A stretch of DNA of 64,000 nt from Octopus bimaculoides (taxonomy: Eukaryota). Shown piece after piece: positions 27,695-38,814 of this stretch. The stretch's first letter is position 1, and each line of letters starts with the position of its first letter. Under the pieces are notes generated by a model that was not told the origin of the DNA, ran no database searches, and saw only the letters and a program-made list of their open reading frames with translations. The translations under genes and the position numbers were made by a program. The DNA lies in NCBI RefSeq assembly GCF_001194135.2, contig NC_068989.1, forward strand, positions 56,861,133-56,925,132. The letters run 5' to 3'.

Positions 27695-28500
27695 AGTATG
27701 CGAGAGGGTCGTGTGATAAAAATAACTGCTTTCTTAGAGAGAAATAATCTCTTACATCCTAGATCCTTCCAGCATGGTTTTCGCTGAGGCAGAGACGGCC
27801 TAACATTGCTCCTGTACTATTTTTTATGGCATTCTAAATGCTCTAGGAAGAGGCTACAACATAAATACCACTTATCTTGACCTCAGTAAAGCTTTCGACA
27901 GAAAGTCAACCAGTATTCTGCTTAAAAAATTATCCAGCAATGGAGTCCACTGGTAAGCTACCACAGTTGATTAGACGTTTCCTGTGAAGAACCCAACAAG
28001 CTGTGATTCGCCGAATTTACTCAAGACTAACAAAAGTCATTGGTGGTGTCCTCCAGGGTACTGTGCTTAGTCCACTTCTCTTTATATTTGCATAAAAGAT
28101 ATTTCAAATGCCATCGAATAAAATAAAATCCTTGTAAGGGGCACTAAACTCCAGAAAATCATCAAGGGAGTATGTAACTACACAAAACTCTAAATAGATC
28201 TTTACGCTGTAATTCGATTGGCGAAAAAGAAAAACACAAACAAACAAAATAAAACATGCAGCAAATCGAGGAGAAACTTGAGTCCATCCATTTTTGAAAA
28301 GAATATGTACTTAAGCAGCCTTGATCTCTTCCCTAAACAGAATATCTTGTAGCGACAAGCAAAATCAGACATTTAGGTGGAAATGTGCACAAGAACCTAA
28401 GTTGAAGTGCATACACCAACAATAAAATCAATATGGCTTGTAGAATGTCTTCACGGATCCTAATAACTTTCTAGTTTAGAGATCCTGATACCGTCATCCT
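27695..28500 (+). mobile_element. Decayed LINE reverse-transcriptase domain (CR1/L2/Jockey-type)
   Basis: With frameshifts and stops: FLERNNLL...FQHGFR*GR...YLDLSKAFD...LLKKL...GVLQGTVLSPLLF. Confidence 0.85.
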
Positions 28501-28563
28501 TTTCTAAAATCTAACACACACTCACGCGTGCGCGCGCACACACACACACATACGCACTCACGC

Positions 28564-28597
<34 letters not shown>

Positions 28598-28970
28598 ACT
28601 TATATATGTATAAATACAAATATATATATATATGTGTAAGTTTATATATATATAAATGTTTCTAGCACACACGCACACATACACACATATGTATGTGTAT
28701 ATGCATATATGTATGTATCTATGTATGTATATATGTATGTATGCATGTATGTATGTAAAGCGATGAGCCGGCAGAATGGTTAGCATGTCGGGGGCAAAAT
28801 ACTTTGGAGCACTTAGACGGTGTTTACGTTCTGAGTTCAAATTTTGTAAGGGTCGATTTGGAGATCGATAAAATAAGTATCAGTTGTGCAGTGGGGTCAA
28901 TTTAATAGACCTAGCCCCTCCCCCAAAACTGCTGGCCTTGTGCCAAAATTTGAAACCAATATATGCGCGC

Positions 28971-29008
<38 letters not shown>

Positions 29009-30941
29009 ATGTATGTAGTATAATATATATACTACACACACACAAACACATTTATCTATCTATATGTGAGTGTGCATGTATGTATACAACTAAACTAAAC
29101 AATTTCATTGAAAACACTTATAAAAATCTGCCGATAATTGGATTTTTATATGAAAGATATTTCCATGGGTTTTCCAATTAGTTTAAAGAAACATCAGCGT
29201 CTATCGACCACTTGGTGCTTGGTAGTGTTTTGTTTGAAGACATTTCACGTGATCTTGAAAACAAGCAACCAAAAGAAGTAAAGAAAAAGAATAAAAAAGA
29301 AGGAAAAGAATTAAAACGTTGCCTGTTTATCGGAAATTTTTTTTCCGGGTATTTAATTAATTTTCTTTATTAATTCGAACGAACATGAAAATGATGATGA
29401 CGACGACGACGACGACGATGATGGTGATGGTGACGAGGATGAAGAGGATAAAGAAGAAGAAGAAGAAGAAGAAGAAGAAGAAGAAGAAGAAGAAGAGGAA
29501 GAGGAAGTGGGGGTTGTAGGAACGGTAAAAGCTTGTGTAATAGATGGACAAAAGACAGGATTGTTTAGTTATTAGAGATGCTGTTATGAGCAGAATGTCT
29601 TCTGTGGATGATGAAGTATGTCAACAATCAGCGACCAGTTGGGCTTTTTTTTTTATCAGTCTATAATATTAATACGAATACTATTCGTTTGTGTTTCAAT
29701 AAAGTATTTCATTTGAGCTGGTTTATTCAATAAATAAGGAAAGACAAAAAAACATTGAAAATGCAGAGACGTAATAGAGGAAGTTGTATAATTTAATACA
29801 CTCGATATTGAGTTTTAACCAAATATGGTCAACCTGCAGCAGTGGAGTTATGTGTTCTCTTTTATGGCTATTTATGTAGCATACGTAACGCCTTGATTAT
29901 ATATAAACATACGCTTGTCTTATTATCATATAATGATGATGAGCTGACAGAATCATTAGCATGCTGGGCAAGATGTTTAGCGGCGTTTCGTTCGCCCTAA
30001 CGCCGTGGTCGACTTTGCCTTTCATCCTTTCGGAGTCGACAAAATAAGTACCAGTTGAGTACTGGAGTCGCTATAATCGACTTGCTCTCTCTCCTGGAAT
30101 TGCTGGCCTTGTGCTAACTTGTGCTAAAATTTGAAACCATTATTATCATATAAAAGACGTTGAAACTGACGGAGTCGTTAGCGGCATTTCAGCCATCTTA
30201 ACGTTCTGAGTTCAAATTTCACCGAGGGTAACTTTGCCTTTCGTGGTCAATAGAATAAGTATCAGTCACGATGTAACCGACTATTCTTCTCCCTCCAAAA
30301 TTTCAGCTCTTGTACCTATTGTAAAAAGGGTCACTGAAGGCAGTGATCTGGCAAAATCGCTGTTGTGCTGGGAGTCATACTTAGCGGCAATTCTTCCGGC
30401 ACTTTATGTTCTGAGTTCAAATCCTGCCGAGGCCAACTTTGGTTTCCATCGTTTCAGGTTGGATAGTTATAAATCCGGTTCGTACTCTATCGACTGCTAA
30501 ATTACAAGGACTCAAACAAACTAACAACGATTGCTATGCAGTGGGCGGGGAACAAACCCAAAGACACACACAAACACATATGCATGTATATATATATATA
30601 TATATATATATATTTNNNNNNNNNNNNNNNNNNNNNNNNNNNNNNNNNNNNNNNNNNNNNNNNNNNNNNNNNNNNNNNNNNNNNNNNNNNNNNNNNNNNN
30701 NNNNNNNNNNNNNNNNNNNNNNNNNNNNNNNNNNNNNNNNNNNNNNNNNNNNNNNNNNNNNNNNNNNNNNNNNNNNNNNNNNNNNNNNNNNNNNNNNNNN
30801 NNNNNNNNNNNNNNNNNNNNNNNNNNNNNNNNNNNNNNNNNNNNNNTATTATAAGTCGTGTATTAGCGTGTGTATATGTAAATATATAAAAACAAAAAGA
30901 TAAAGAGAGCAAAGGTAAGGTTGAAGAATTTTATGGATAGA

Positions 30942-30990
30942 GTCTTACAGCTGTTTCTGGGAAGATACAGTACTTCCCTTCATCGGAGAC
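30942..30990 (-). ncRNA. Minimal type I hammerhead ribozyme motif, Penelope-like; two substitutions, probably inactive
   Basis: Minus strand: GUCU-CCGAUGA-A GGGAAG uacuguau CUUCCC A-GAAAC-AGCU-GUA-AGAC. Stem I GUCU/AGAC, 6 bp stem II, palindromic loop 3 AGCU. Confidence 0.7.
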
Positions 30991-32487
30991 AGAAAAAATA
31001 AAGTAATCTATTATTATATCCATAGGCGGATATTTTTAGTATGAAGTGGTAAAGAGTGTGATGTGCTGAAAAAAGAGAGAACAGTACTTGAAGTGTAGTT
31101 TCATTCCAGTGGTAAATATCCGTGTAGAAATTCGTGCAAATTAATCCTTGTGTGAATAATCCGGAAATTTATTTCCTTTCGATCATTTCACCACACATAT
31201 ACCACCAAATCTATTTCTCATATTCTCAATTTAACAAGAACACTACCTACACAAACAGACTACGTCACCTCTTTCAATCCCTTTCCACCGTCTATAAATA
31301 GGCTTGGCAGCATCCAAAAATATGATACTACTAACTACCTTGCCCACCCATCCCTCTCCTTTATCTCTGTTCTTCGTTTATCACTCATACCCCCACCACC
31401 TATATACTACACACGCATTCCTTCCTACTCACTAGACCTTTTAACCTCATCCCCTATTCCTCCTTCACTCTATATGCTCTTCCCCTCTACCCTGTTAAGA
31501 CCAACTGACCATAAATATATCGCTACCATCCTCCACCTCTATATCTTCTCTATCCCCTTCCACATTCTATCGTCTTGACTTGACCTAATTACCGCTAACT
31601 TTTCACTTGACTTGGACATCCTTCAAGTAAACAAGCAAAAATCTATTGCAAGATGAAATATATATACCTCTGCTACCTAAGCTATNNNNNNNNNNNNNNN
31701 NNNNNNNNNNNNNNNNNNNNNNNNNNNNNNNNNNNNNNNNNNNNNNNNNNNNNNNNNNNNNNNNNNNNNNNNNNNNNNNNNNNNNNNNNNNNNNNNNNNN
31801 NNNNNNNNNNNNNNNNNNNNNNNNNNNNNNNNNNNNNNNNNNNNNNNNNNNNNNNNNNNNNNNNNNNNNNNNNNNNNNNNNNNNNNNNNNNNNNNNNNNN
31901 NNNNNNNNNNNNNNNNNNNNNNNNNNNNNNNNNNNNNNNNNNNNNNNNNNNNNNNNNNNNNNNNNNNNNNNNNNNNNNNNNNNNNNNNNNNNNNNNNNNN
32001 NNNNNNNNNNNNNNNNNNNNNNNNNNNNNNNNNNNNNNNNNNNNNNNNNNNNNNNNNNNNNNNNNNNNNNNNNNNNNNNNNNNNNNNNNNNNNNNNNNNN
32101 NNNNNNNNNNNNNNNNNNNNNNNNNNNNNNNNNNNNNNNNNNNNNNNNNNNNNNNNNNNNNNNNNNNNNNNNNNNNNNNNNNNNNNNNNNNNNNNNNNNN
32201 NNNNNNNNNNNNNNNNNNNNNNNNNNNNNNNNNNNNNNNNNNNNNNNNNNNNNNNNNNNNNNNNNNNNNNNNNNNNNNNNNNNNNNNNNNNNNNNNNNNN
32301 NNNNNNNNNNNNNNNNNNNNNNNNNNNNNNNNNNNNNNNNNNNNNNNNNNNNNNNNNNNNNNNNNNNNNNNNNNNGTACTGCAATCACTTTTGAAATCCG
32401 TGTTGCTTATTGTTTGATTTTAATCACCCATCCTTTTGGGATGTGATATTCGGGTGCCTTCGCATAAGTTCCATATTCAAGCCTTGA

Positions 32488-32543
<56 letters not shown>

Positions 32544-32569
32544 ATCTCTCTCTCTATATGTATATGTAT

Positions 32570-32623
32570 GAGACAGCGAGCTGGCAGAAACGTGAGCACG
32601 CCGGGCGAAATGCTTAGCGGTAT
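32570..32623 (+). mobile_element. Family A SINE head, interrupted by the ORF1-only element
   Basis: gcgagctggcagaaacgtgagcacgccgggcgaaatgcttagcggtat; the expected continuation ttcg(g/t)ctg reappears at 34158-34165. Confidence 0.85.
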
Positions 32624-32630
32624 AACGGCT

Positions 32631-34151
32631 CTGTGAATTATTGTGAATTATTGTGAATACTGTTGTGTTACTTTGTGAAAACTGTCTCGGTAAATAATTG
32701 TGATTCTTGTGGAATTATTACGGTTACGTTTCACGCGAGCCGCTGCAATTTTTCCCAGCTATGGCAAGTGGTAGTGTCTCCAGTATGGAGAGCTACGCCA
32801 AGGCCACTGCGGTGAGGAAGCCAGTGCCGCTGGAAACCAAAATTCTGAGGACAGTTGTGTATCGTACACAGGCTGTAGAAACCTGTAAAATTGAAATGGT
32901 GACGGAAGAGGAAATCGAGGAGTGCCTGGGTGAAATTGTGAATGAAGCCACGTACATCAACAGAGGAAGAAAGTTCGGTACGGTAGAGGTGAGGTTCGCC
33001 ACTATAGAAGAGGCAACCAAGCATGCGACCAACATTTTAAGAAGTGAAAACATAGCATTGCTACCAAGTTATAGAGGAAAAAGAAGTGTGAAAATACGTA
33101 TTCCCAGAGTTACACCAGATATTAAACCAGAGTGGTTGGTTGCAACAGTGCTGGCTGCAACCAAGGAGGAGCCGGAATTGGAACCAGTGGCGAAATCAAA
33201 AGTGCGCAAATGGTGGGGATTTGGACACGAAATGTGGCTTTTTGCCACATTCGAGGACATAGAAATAATTCCCTACCAGATAGAAGTGGAGGATGAGAGA
33301 ACGTTAAATGCTGTAGTCGAGAGAAGGAAACCAAATTGCTACATATGCGGGGAAAGAGGTCATATGAAGACCAAATTCCCCCTATATGAGTTCACACAGC
33401 CACAGCAAGAGAAAGCACAAGCAGAGGAGGAAAACATTGCAGACCACACTGAGGAAATGAAATAGAGACAGAAGTGTGAAACAGAGAAAACAAAGGAGAA
33501 CGAAAATGGAGCTACTAACCCTAAAAAGCGAAAGAAAAATAAGTCAAAGGAACGGTCAACAGAAAACAAAAAAGAGATAGAAAAGCCAGAAACTAATAAT
33601 GTACAAAAAGAGGAGGAAAGAACGGATAAAGATGTGAAATACAAGGGGGTTTTGATAAAGTACGAGAATTGCGAGCAGATGGAGAGAAAAGTCGAGAGGT
33701 TGGAGGAAATAATAAGAGTGAAGATGCCAGAGAAATGTGCTGAGAAATGCATTTTGATACATGAGGAAAACTACTGTGAGTACATAAAAGAACTTGGTGA
33801 AAATATAATAACGAAACGGGTATGGTTGGTGGAGACACCACCCCTAGAACTGATTATTTGCAGTTGATAGGGACGGAAGTAACAATGGTTAATGGGAGAA
33901 AGGTAATGCGAGTGTTTGAATTTTTTGAGTTACAAAACCGTTAAAATGTTTACATGACGTTGAACGTAAAAGTGAAAAACTGGATAAATGTAACCACCCG
34001 ACTTCGGGGATCGAGTGGACATTGCGCCTCATTTTTTTCATTCTTTTATTTTAATTACCCCGATTTTATGTTTGTTGCGTTTTGTACTGTATTTATGTTT
34101 TGTGATGTCTTAAAAATTCTTTGTATAGCCCTTGATGGGTAATAAAGAAAT
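32631..34151 (+). mobile_element. ORF1-only non-autonomous retroposon, copy 1
   Basis: Imperfect 13 bp TSD CGGTATAACGGCT (32618-32630) / CGGTATTTCGGCT (34152-34164); GT-rich 5' leader; one ORF; ends AATAAAGAAAT; no RT. Confidence 0.8.
32761..33867 (+). pseudogene. ORF1p/Gag-like nucleic-acid-binding protein, about 368 codons, one in-frame TAG at 33463-33465
   Basis: MASGS...SYAKAT...RGRKFGTVEVRF...LLPSYRG...IRIPRV...WWGFG...VVERRKPNCYICGERGHMKTKFP (knuckle, last Cys lost). Frame continues past the stop through a K/E-rich linker to ...KCILIHEENY...IICS*. Confidence 0.85.
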
Positions 34152-34165
34152 CGGTATTTCGGCTG

Positions 34166-35150
34166 TGTGAGTTTGGATTTATTGGTAATTATTATTGGTG
34201 TGCGTCTGTATAGTAAGTGCAAGTTTCTATTGACTGCTTTTGTGTTATTTCCTGTTATGATTATTGTTCCTGTGATAATTATTTGTGTGATAGTCTTCGT
34301 TCGAAAACTATCGTGTGTTTTCCCTTGTGGGGGAAACATTAATTGCTGGCAAGATGCTGAAAAGTGTAACTTCGTCCGGCGAAGAGTCGCCAACTGACAG
34401 GGCGGCAAAAAAGAGTGAAAGTTTAATATTTGGCGATATTTCGGATTCTTCTGAAAGTGAATTTCCCCAACCATCAATGTGTAATAATGACGTGTAAAGC
34501 CTTCAAACAGAAGAAAATAAACAAAAAAAAAGTTTTGCGTCGGCGGCTGGAGATGGAACCCGCCAGCTGTCGATAAACAAAAATGACCTGATAAAGAACA
34601 AAGATATGATAACAATTGAAGACGGTGTTGTGAAAGTTCAAGCCCCGGAAGAACTATTAATGTTAGAAAAAAGAAAAACAATTATTTTAAAATCTTACTG
34701 TCTAAAAGGAAAAAAATTGATCGAGTGAGTGAAGAGAAAGTTGAGAAGTGCTTGAAACCCATCTGGCAGGATGGGTTCCCTAGCTAGAGGGAAGAAGTTT
34801 GATACTATCGAAGTACGACTTGAAGATATAGTAACTGCACAAATGCACTCCGTTAAATCTTTAGAAACGGAGGACGTTGTTTTAATTCCAATATATATGA
34901 GAATGAAGACGCCAAAGATACGTATACCAAGGGTACCACCTCAAGTCGACCCTATGAAGTTGATGGCGGCAGTCCTGGCAAAAAAGGAAGATAATATAAC
35001 ACTCCCTCACGCTACCGTCACAGAAAAGGTTTATTGGACTAGTCAAACGGTTCACCTTCTAATACAAACAGAACAGTCAATCTTAGAACAATTACCGGAG
35101 AAAATAGAAATTGGGGAGGAATTCCTTAACGTATTCGTCACGTGCCCCTG
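34166..35150 (+). mobile_element. ORF1-only element, copy 2: decayed, 3'-truncated just before the zinc knuckle
   Basis: SFASAAG...EEKVEKCL...ARGKKFDTIEVRL...LIPIYM...KIRIPRVPP...YW...LPEKIEIGEEFLNVFV aligns to copies 1 and 3; several frameshifts. Confidence 0.8.
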
Positions 35151-35479
35151 AGCAAATATGGTGTACTCAGCTGTGCTCCATAGTAATGTCTGCGATGGCG
35201 TTGCTACAGAGAGGGACAGTCGCTGCAGCAGTCACTCCACCTCGCGGTGATCATTTCTGTGACGGGCGGCTGTTATCCCTGTTTTGTGAAGGAAATCGGT
35301 AGAACGGGGTCCGAGAACACCAGGCGTCACGACGGCGACCAGAACAAACAGATATTGGCCGGTAAGGCCCCTGTGTTTATTGATTTTTCTCTCCTCTGCG
35401 TTACGGGCGGTGACAACCGGATTTGCAGCCGATGGAGCTCGGTTGGAGCAAATTTAAACAGCATCTTCTTCCAAAGATG

Positions 35480-35960
35480 CTAGTTTCTAGTCGATACAGT
35501 ATATAAATTAGACTTAAACTCTTAGAATGAATTACGTAAATCTGTGCCTTAAGATGCATAGACCATTTAATTGAAGGTGGTCTTCGTTTATTAATTTAAA
35601 GTAGCATAAAAAGCGCAGGCGTGGTTATAGTCGCAGGCATGACTTAAAGTTTATTTATTTTGGTTTATACTAGAGACAACCCTGGATATTTTCAATATCA
35701 TTAATCTGTTTTATGTCAATTTATTTATTTAGTGACTCTTTCATTAGTACTTCAGCAAGTATTGCAAAGTGTTAGGCGTCTCTGAAAAGGCTGATTATAA
35801 ATACACATGTTTCTGTTTTATTGGACTTCTTCAGCGTACGGATTTGTCAACCTTCCGTTCCAGAATGATTAAAAAAATGATATTAGTCATTAGAGCTTAT
35901 ACTTGTTTTTTTCTCAACACATAATTATACGGATATCGAAATTTATGTTAACATTAACTT
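35480..35960 (-). pseudogene. Decayed rhodopsin-class GPCR-like fragment (TM1-TM3)
   Basis: ALMTNIIFLIIL... then LKKSNKTETCVFIISLF...ILAEVLMKES, matching the TM1 N / ICL1 K..KT.T.F / TM2 pattern; paralogous to 37215-37345. Confidence 0.45.
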
Positions 35961-36034
35961 GATTAAATATAAGGAGATTGTATTTGAATATGTTAGCTCT
36001 TAATATGTTAAATACTACATGATGAGTAAGCCAG

Positions 36035-36530
36035 ATAACAACAGATAACTTTGGAAGTATACTCTTGCCAACATGAGTAATATCAGGAAATAATGATTAT
36101 AATTTAACATTTATCAAATTATAATTTGATGAGATTATCAAATAAGGAAATGAATACTAATTTTCAAAAGAAAAATATTTATCACTTTAAGTAAAGCAAA
36201 TTTCTAATTTGTATAATTCCTCTCTCATTTACTCCCTCTTCTCCTCTTCTTCATCTCCTTCATCTTCCACGTTCTCCTCTTCCCCCTCTTCCTTTTCCTC
36301 TGTCTATGATTTTCTCTCTCTCATAATATTTGTGTCTAGCGTTCCTTTACTCATCACCTGCCACCAGGTCTAATAAGTGCACTCATCCTGCACTCCTTAT
36401 GTTAACTCACTGTGCTTATCTTTCACTCTATCTCTCCTCTCGCTGTACGATGTAAAACGAGAATGGTTGGTAACAAACAACCAAGCAGCCAAACCACATT
36501 TATATCGGCTATCATTATGCAGAGATACTG
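36035..36530. repeat. About 400-500 bp block in three local copies (36035-36530 +, 43200-43600 -, 44325-44720 +)
   Basis: Shared gaagtatact.ttgcca...gtaatatcaggaaata, atttgtataattcc.ctc, and cgttcctttactca...gtgcactcat.ctgc.ctcctt.tgttaa. Confidence 0.8.
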
Positions 36531-36619
36531 AATGTGTTAATACTGAATACGTTAAATGCGTTATCACTAATTTAACGATATAAGAGTTAAATATATTAAA
36601 CTAAGTAATAAGAGAACGA

Positions 36620-37700
36620 GTTTCTTAACGGAGAGAGGGAAATATTCAATCCCACACAAATCTTATACAACTACTACACAAATCTAAAGAAACAAAACAC
36701 TTATACCATACCAGGAGGACTGAAATTCTTCAATATGTTAGCCGATTAATGAATTCTAGGTGTAGGAGCGAGTCAGCTTAACTTATATAACACTCTGTAC
36801 ATAATTTTGGATATGTTTGAGCATTATTAACCCTTTTTATATCAATTTATATATAAAGGGAAAAGGGTAAAGACCCCCTTCGGTCATGAATGACCATGGG
36901 ATTACATCTAGAAAGTTCCCTTCCAAGACACTAGCCCAGACAAGGTTGTTTATGGAAAACCAGCAATCGCCCATGCATACCAGCCTCCCCTCACCACACT
37001 ACTGATGTTATCAAAGGAAAGGCAAACGCCGATACAGCTTGGCATCAGTGATGTCACAACTCATTTCTACAGATGGGTGAACTGGAGCAACGTGAAATAA
37101 AGTGTCTTGCTCAAGAACATAACATACGGCCCGGTTCGAGAATCGAACTCACTACCTCATGATTGTGAGCCTGACGCTCTAACTACTGAGCCATGTGCCT
37201 TCATAATTTATATATAATGCTGTACTTAAACTTTATGACTCTTTCATTACTACTTCAGAAAGTATAATATTGTGCGATGCTACTCTGAAAGTCCTGACGG
37301 AAAACAGAAAAGTGCTTGTTTTATTGGACCTTTTCCACGTATGGAGTCTTTGTGGGGATTACAGATAGACGAAATACGAAGTCTACTACAGAAGGATTTA
37401 AGCTCAGAAACGACAGGCCTCAGAGTAAATACTGAAAATCACTCGGTCTGGCAATTTACCGTTTCAACAAACGCTACTGCGAAAACAAAATTATTAATTT
37501 ACCGATTTTTATTTGTTTTTACCCAATTGTCCCCAGGCTGAAATTGTGAAAGACGCATCACTTGTCAAATTCAGTTGTTCTGCGTTCATTATATTACAAT
37601 AAACTTTATAATGTATTCTAAGCGTTTGCTGAAGAATGTTTTCTGAAAATATAAAATTTATTCAATTCAAAGCAACTCCTAATTACATAACCAATATTTT
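36620..37700 (-). pseudogene. Decayed GPCR-like paralog interrupted by SINEs
   Basis: YIIKFIVIYERR... and WKRSNKTSTFLFSVRTFRVASHNIILSEVVMKES; homologous to the copy at 35480-35960. Confidence 0.4.
36857..37204 (-). mobile_element. Full-length tRNA-headed SINE with RTE-like 3' tail and 13 bp TSD
   Basis: Head at right (ggcacatggctcagtagttagagcg...gagttcgattctcgaaccggg); tail ...ccatggtcattcatgaccgaagggggtctttaccc; TSD AATTTATATATAA at 36844-36856 and 37205-37217. Confidence 0.85.
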
Positions 37701-38236
37701 AAATAGCTGTGATGCAAGTCGTGCATGCAACAAACAACAGAATAGCTTCCGGCAAGCTGGGACTAAAATATTATACTGAATCCCTGGCTGACCCCATTTC
37801 TTTTCACTTCACTTGTTTCAGCTATATTGAAGTGCGACTAGTCAAAAACAAAGCAATATTTTAGATATTCGTTTAGCTGGCATAATACATTTAGAGCATT
37901 GTTCCCCATAGGCCAAGACACTGAAAGTCTGAGATTTTCTGTTGATGAGATTTTCATTTCTTTCATGTGGTCATTACATTCTCATTTCTAAAAGTCCACT
38001 GTAGCAATAAGACTTTCTGGTTAGGACTTCGCTTTGCAGGCATATGGCCCCGATTTTGATCCCACTGTACAGCATCATGTTGAAGTGTTTTCTACTGCAG
38101 CCTTGTGTTGGCCGATTCCTTGCAAGTGGAATTTGGCATATGAAAACTGTCTATACGTCTGTCTGTCTCTGTCTATGTACATATGTGTGTGTGTGTACGC
38201 AATATATATATATATATATATATACACATACACATA

Positions 38237-38450
38237 CAGTAATCCCTTGCCATATCGCGGTGCACCGGTTCACCTACCATGCACTCAGTACATCGCAGAT
38301 TTTTCTGGCTAATATATGTAAATTTATATCGCGGTCTCCTCAGTATATCGCAGGTTTTTGCGGCTGATGGGTATTTATATTTTTTTAGATTTTAATTATT
38401 TCTGTGGGAGGTTTTGGAACGTAACATCCGCGATAGTCGAGGGATTACTG
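38237..38450. mobile_element. Tc1/mariner (pogo/Tigger-like) MITE, 214 bp
   Basis: TA|CAGTAATCCCTTGCCATATCGCG ... CGCGATAGTCGAGGGATTACTG|TA: about 23 bp TIRs with TA duplication. Confidence 0.9.
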
Positions 38451-38459
38451 TACATATAT

Positions 38460-38747
38460 TGTTGTAAAGTGAGTTCCTCTCACTGGTATGATGTGTGACT
38501 GCTGTTGTACTGAAGTTGCCGTTTTACGCTAGTAGCCACAACACTTACTAGTCATCGGATAGCGTTGTATCTCTTCGTATCGGAATAGTAACACACTAAC
38601 TTCTGTCTTACTATCGCTGATAGCTCCACAAGACGCCGACTAGAACTGTCGACTTAGGACCCTTCCTCGACGACTGGCTACTGGTATATTTATAATGGCC
38701 TTTTCCTATCACTTTTTATCGGGAGGAGTATACAGTTTCACTATACA
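38460..38747 (-). mobile_element. 3' LTR of the Gypsy pol remnant, 288 bp
   Basis: Minus strand TGTATAG...TACAACA, preceded by polypurine tract AAAAGGAGAAA (38748-38758); TATA-like tataaat inside. Confidence 0.8.
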
Positions 38748-38814
38748 TTTCTCCTTTTAATTATTTTATTTAACAATCAATTTCTTTTATTCACCCTACC
38801 TCTTCCATTAAAAA

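Noticed and set aside
37110-37204. tRNA-like A/B-box segments (also 57705-57770, 61123-61195)
   Set aside because: They are SINE heads continuing into SINE bodies; no complete cloverleaf.
35758-37338. Two paralogous 80 bp AG...GT segments on + (KYCKVLG... and KYNIVRC...) that looked like mutually exclusive exons
   Set aside because: The minus-strand frame is better conserved, continues through the supposed intron (AEVLMKES / SEVVMKES) and fits a GPCR ICL1/TM2, so the + splice signals are probably incidental.
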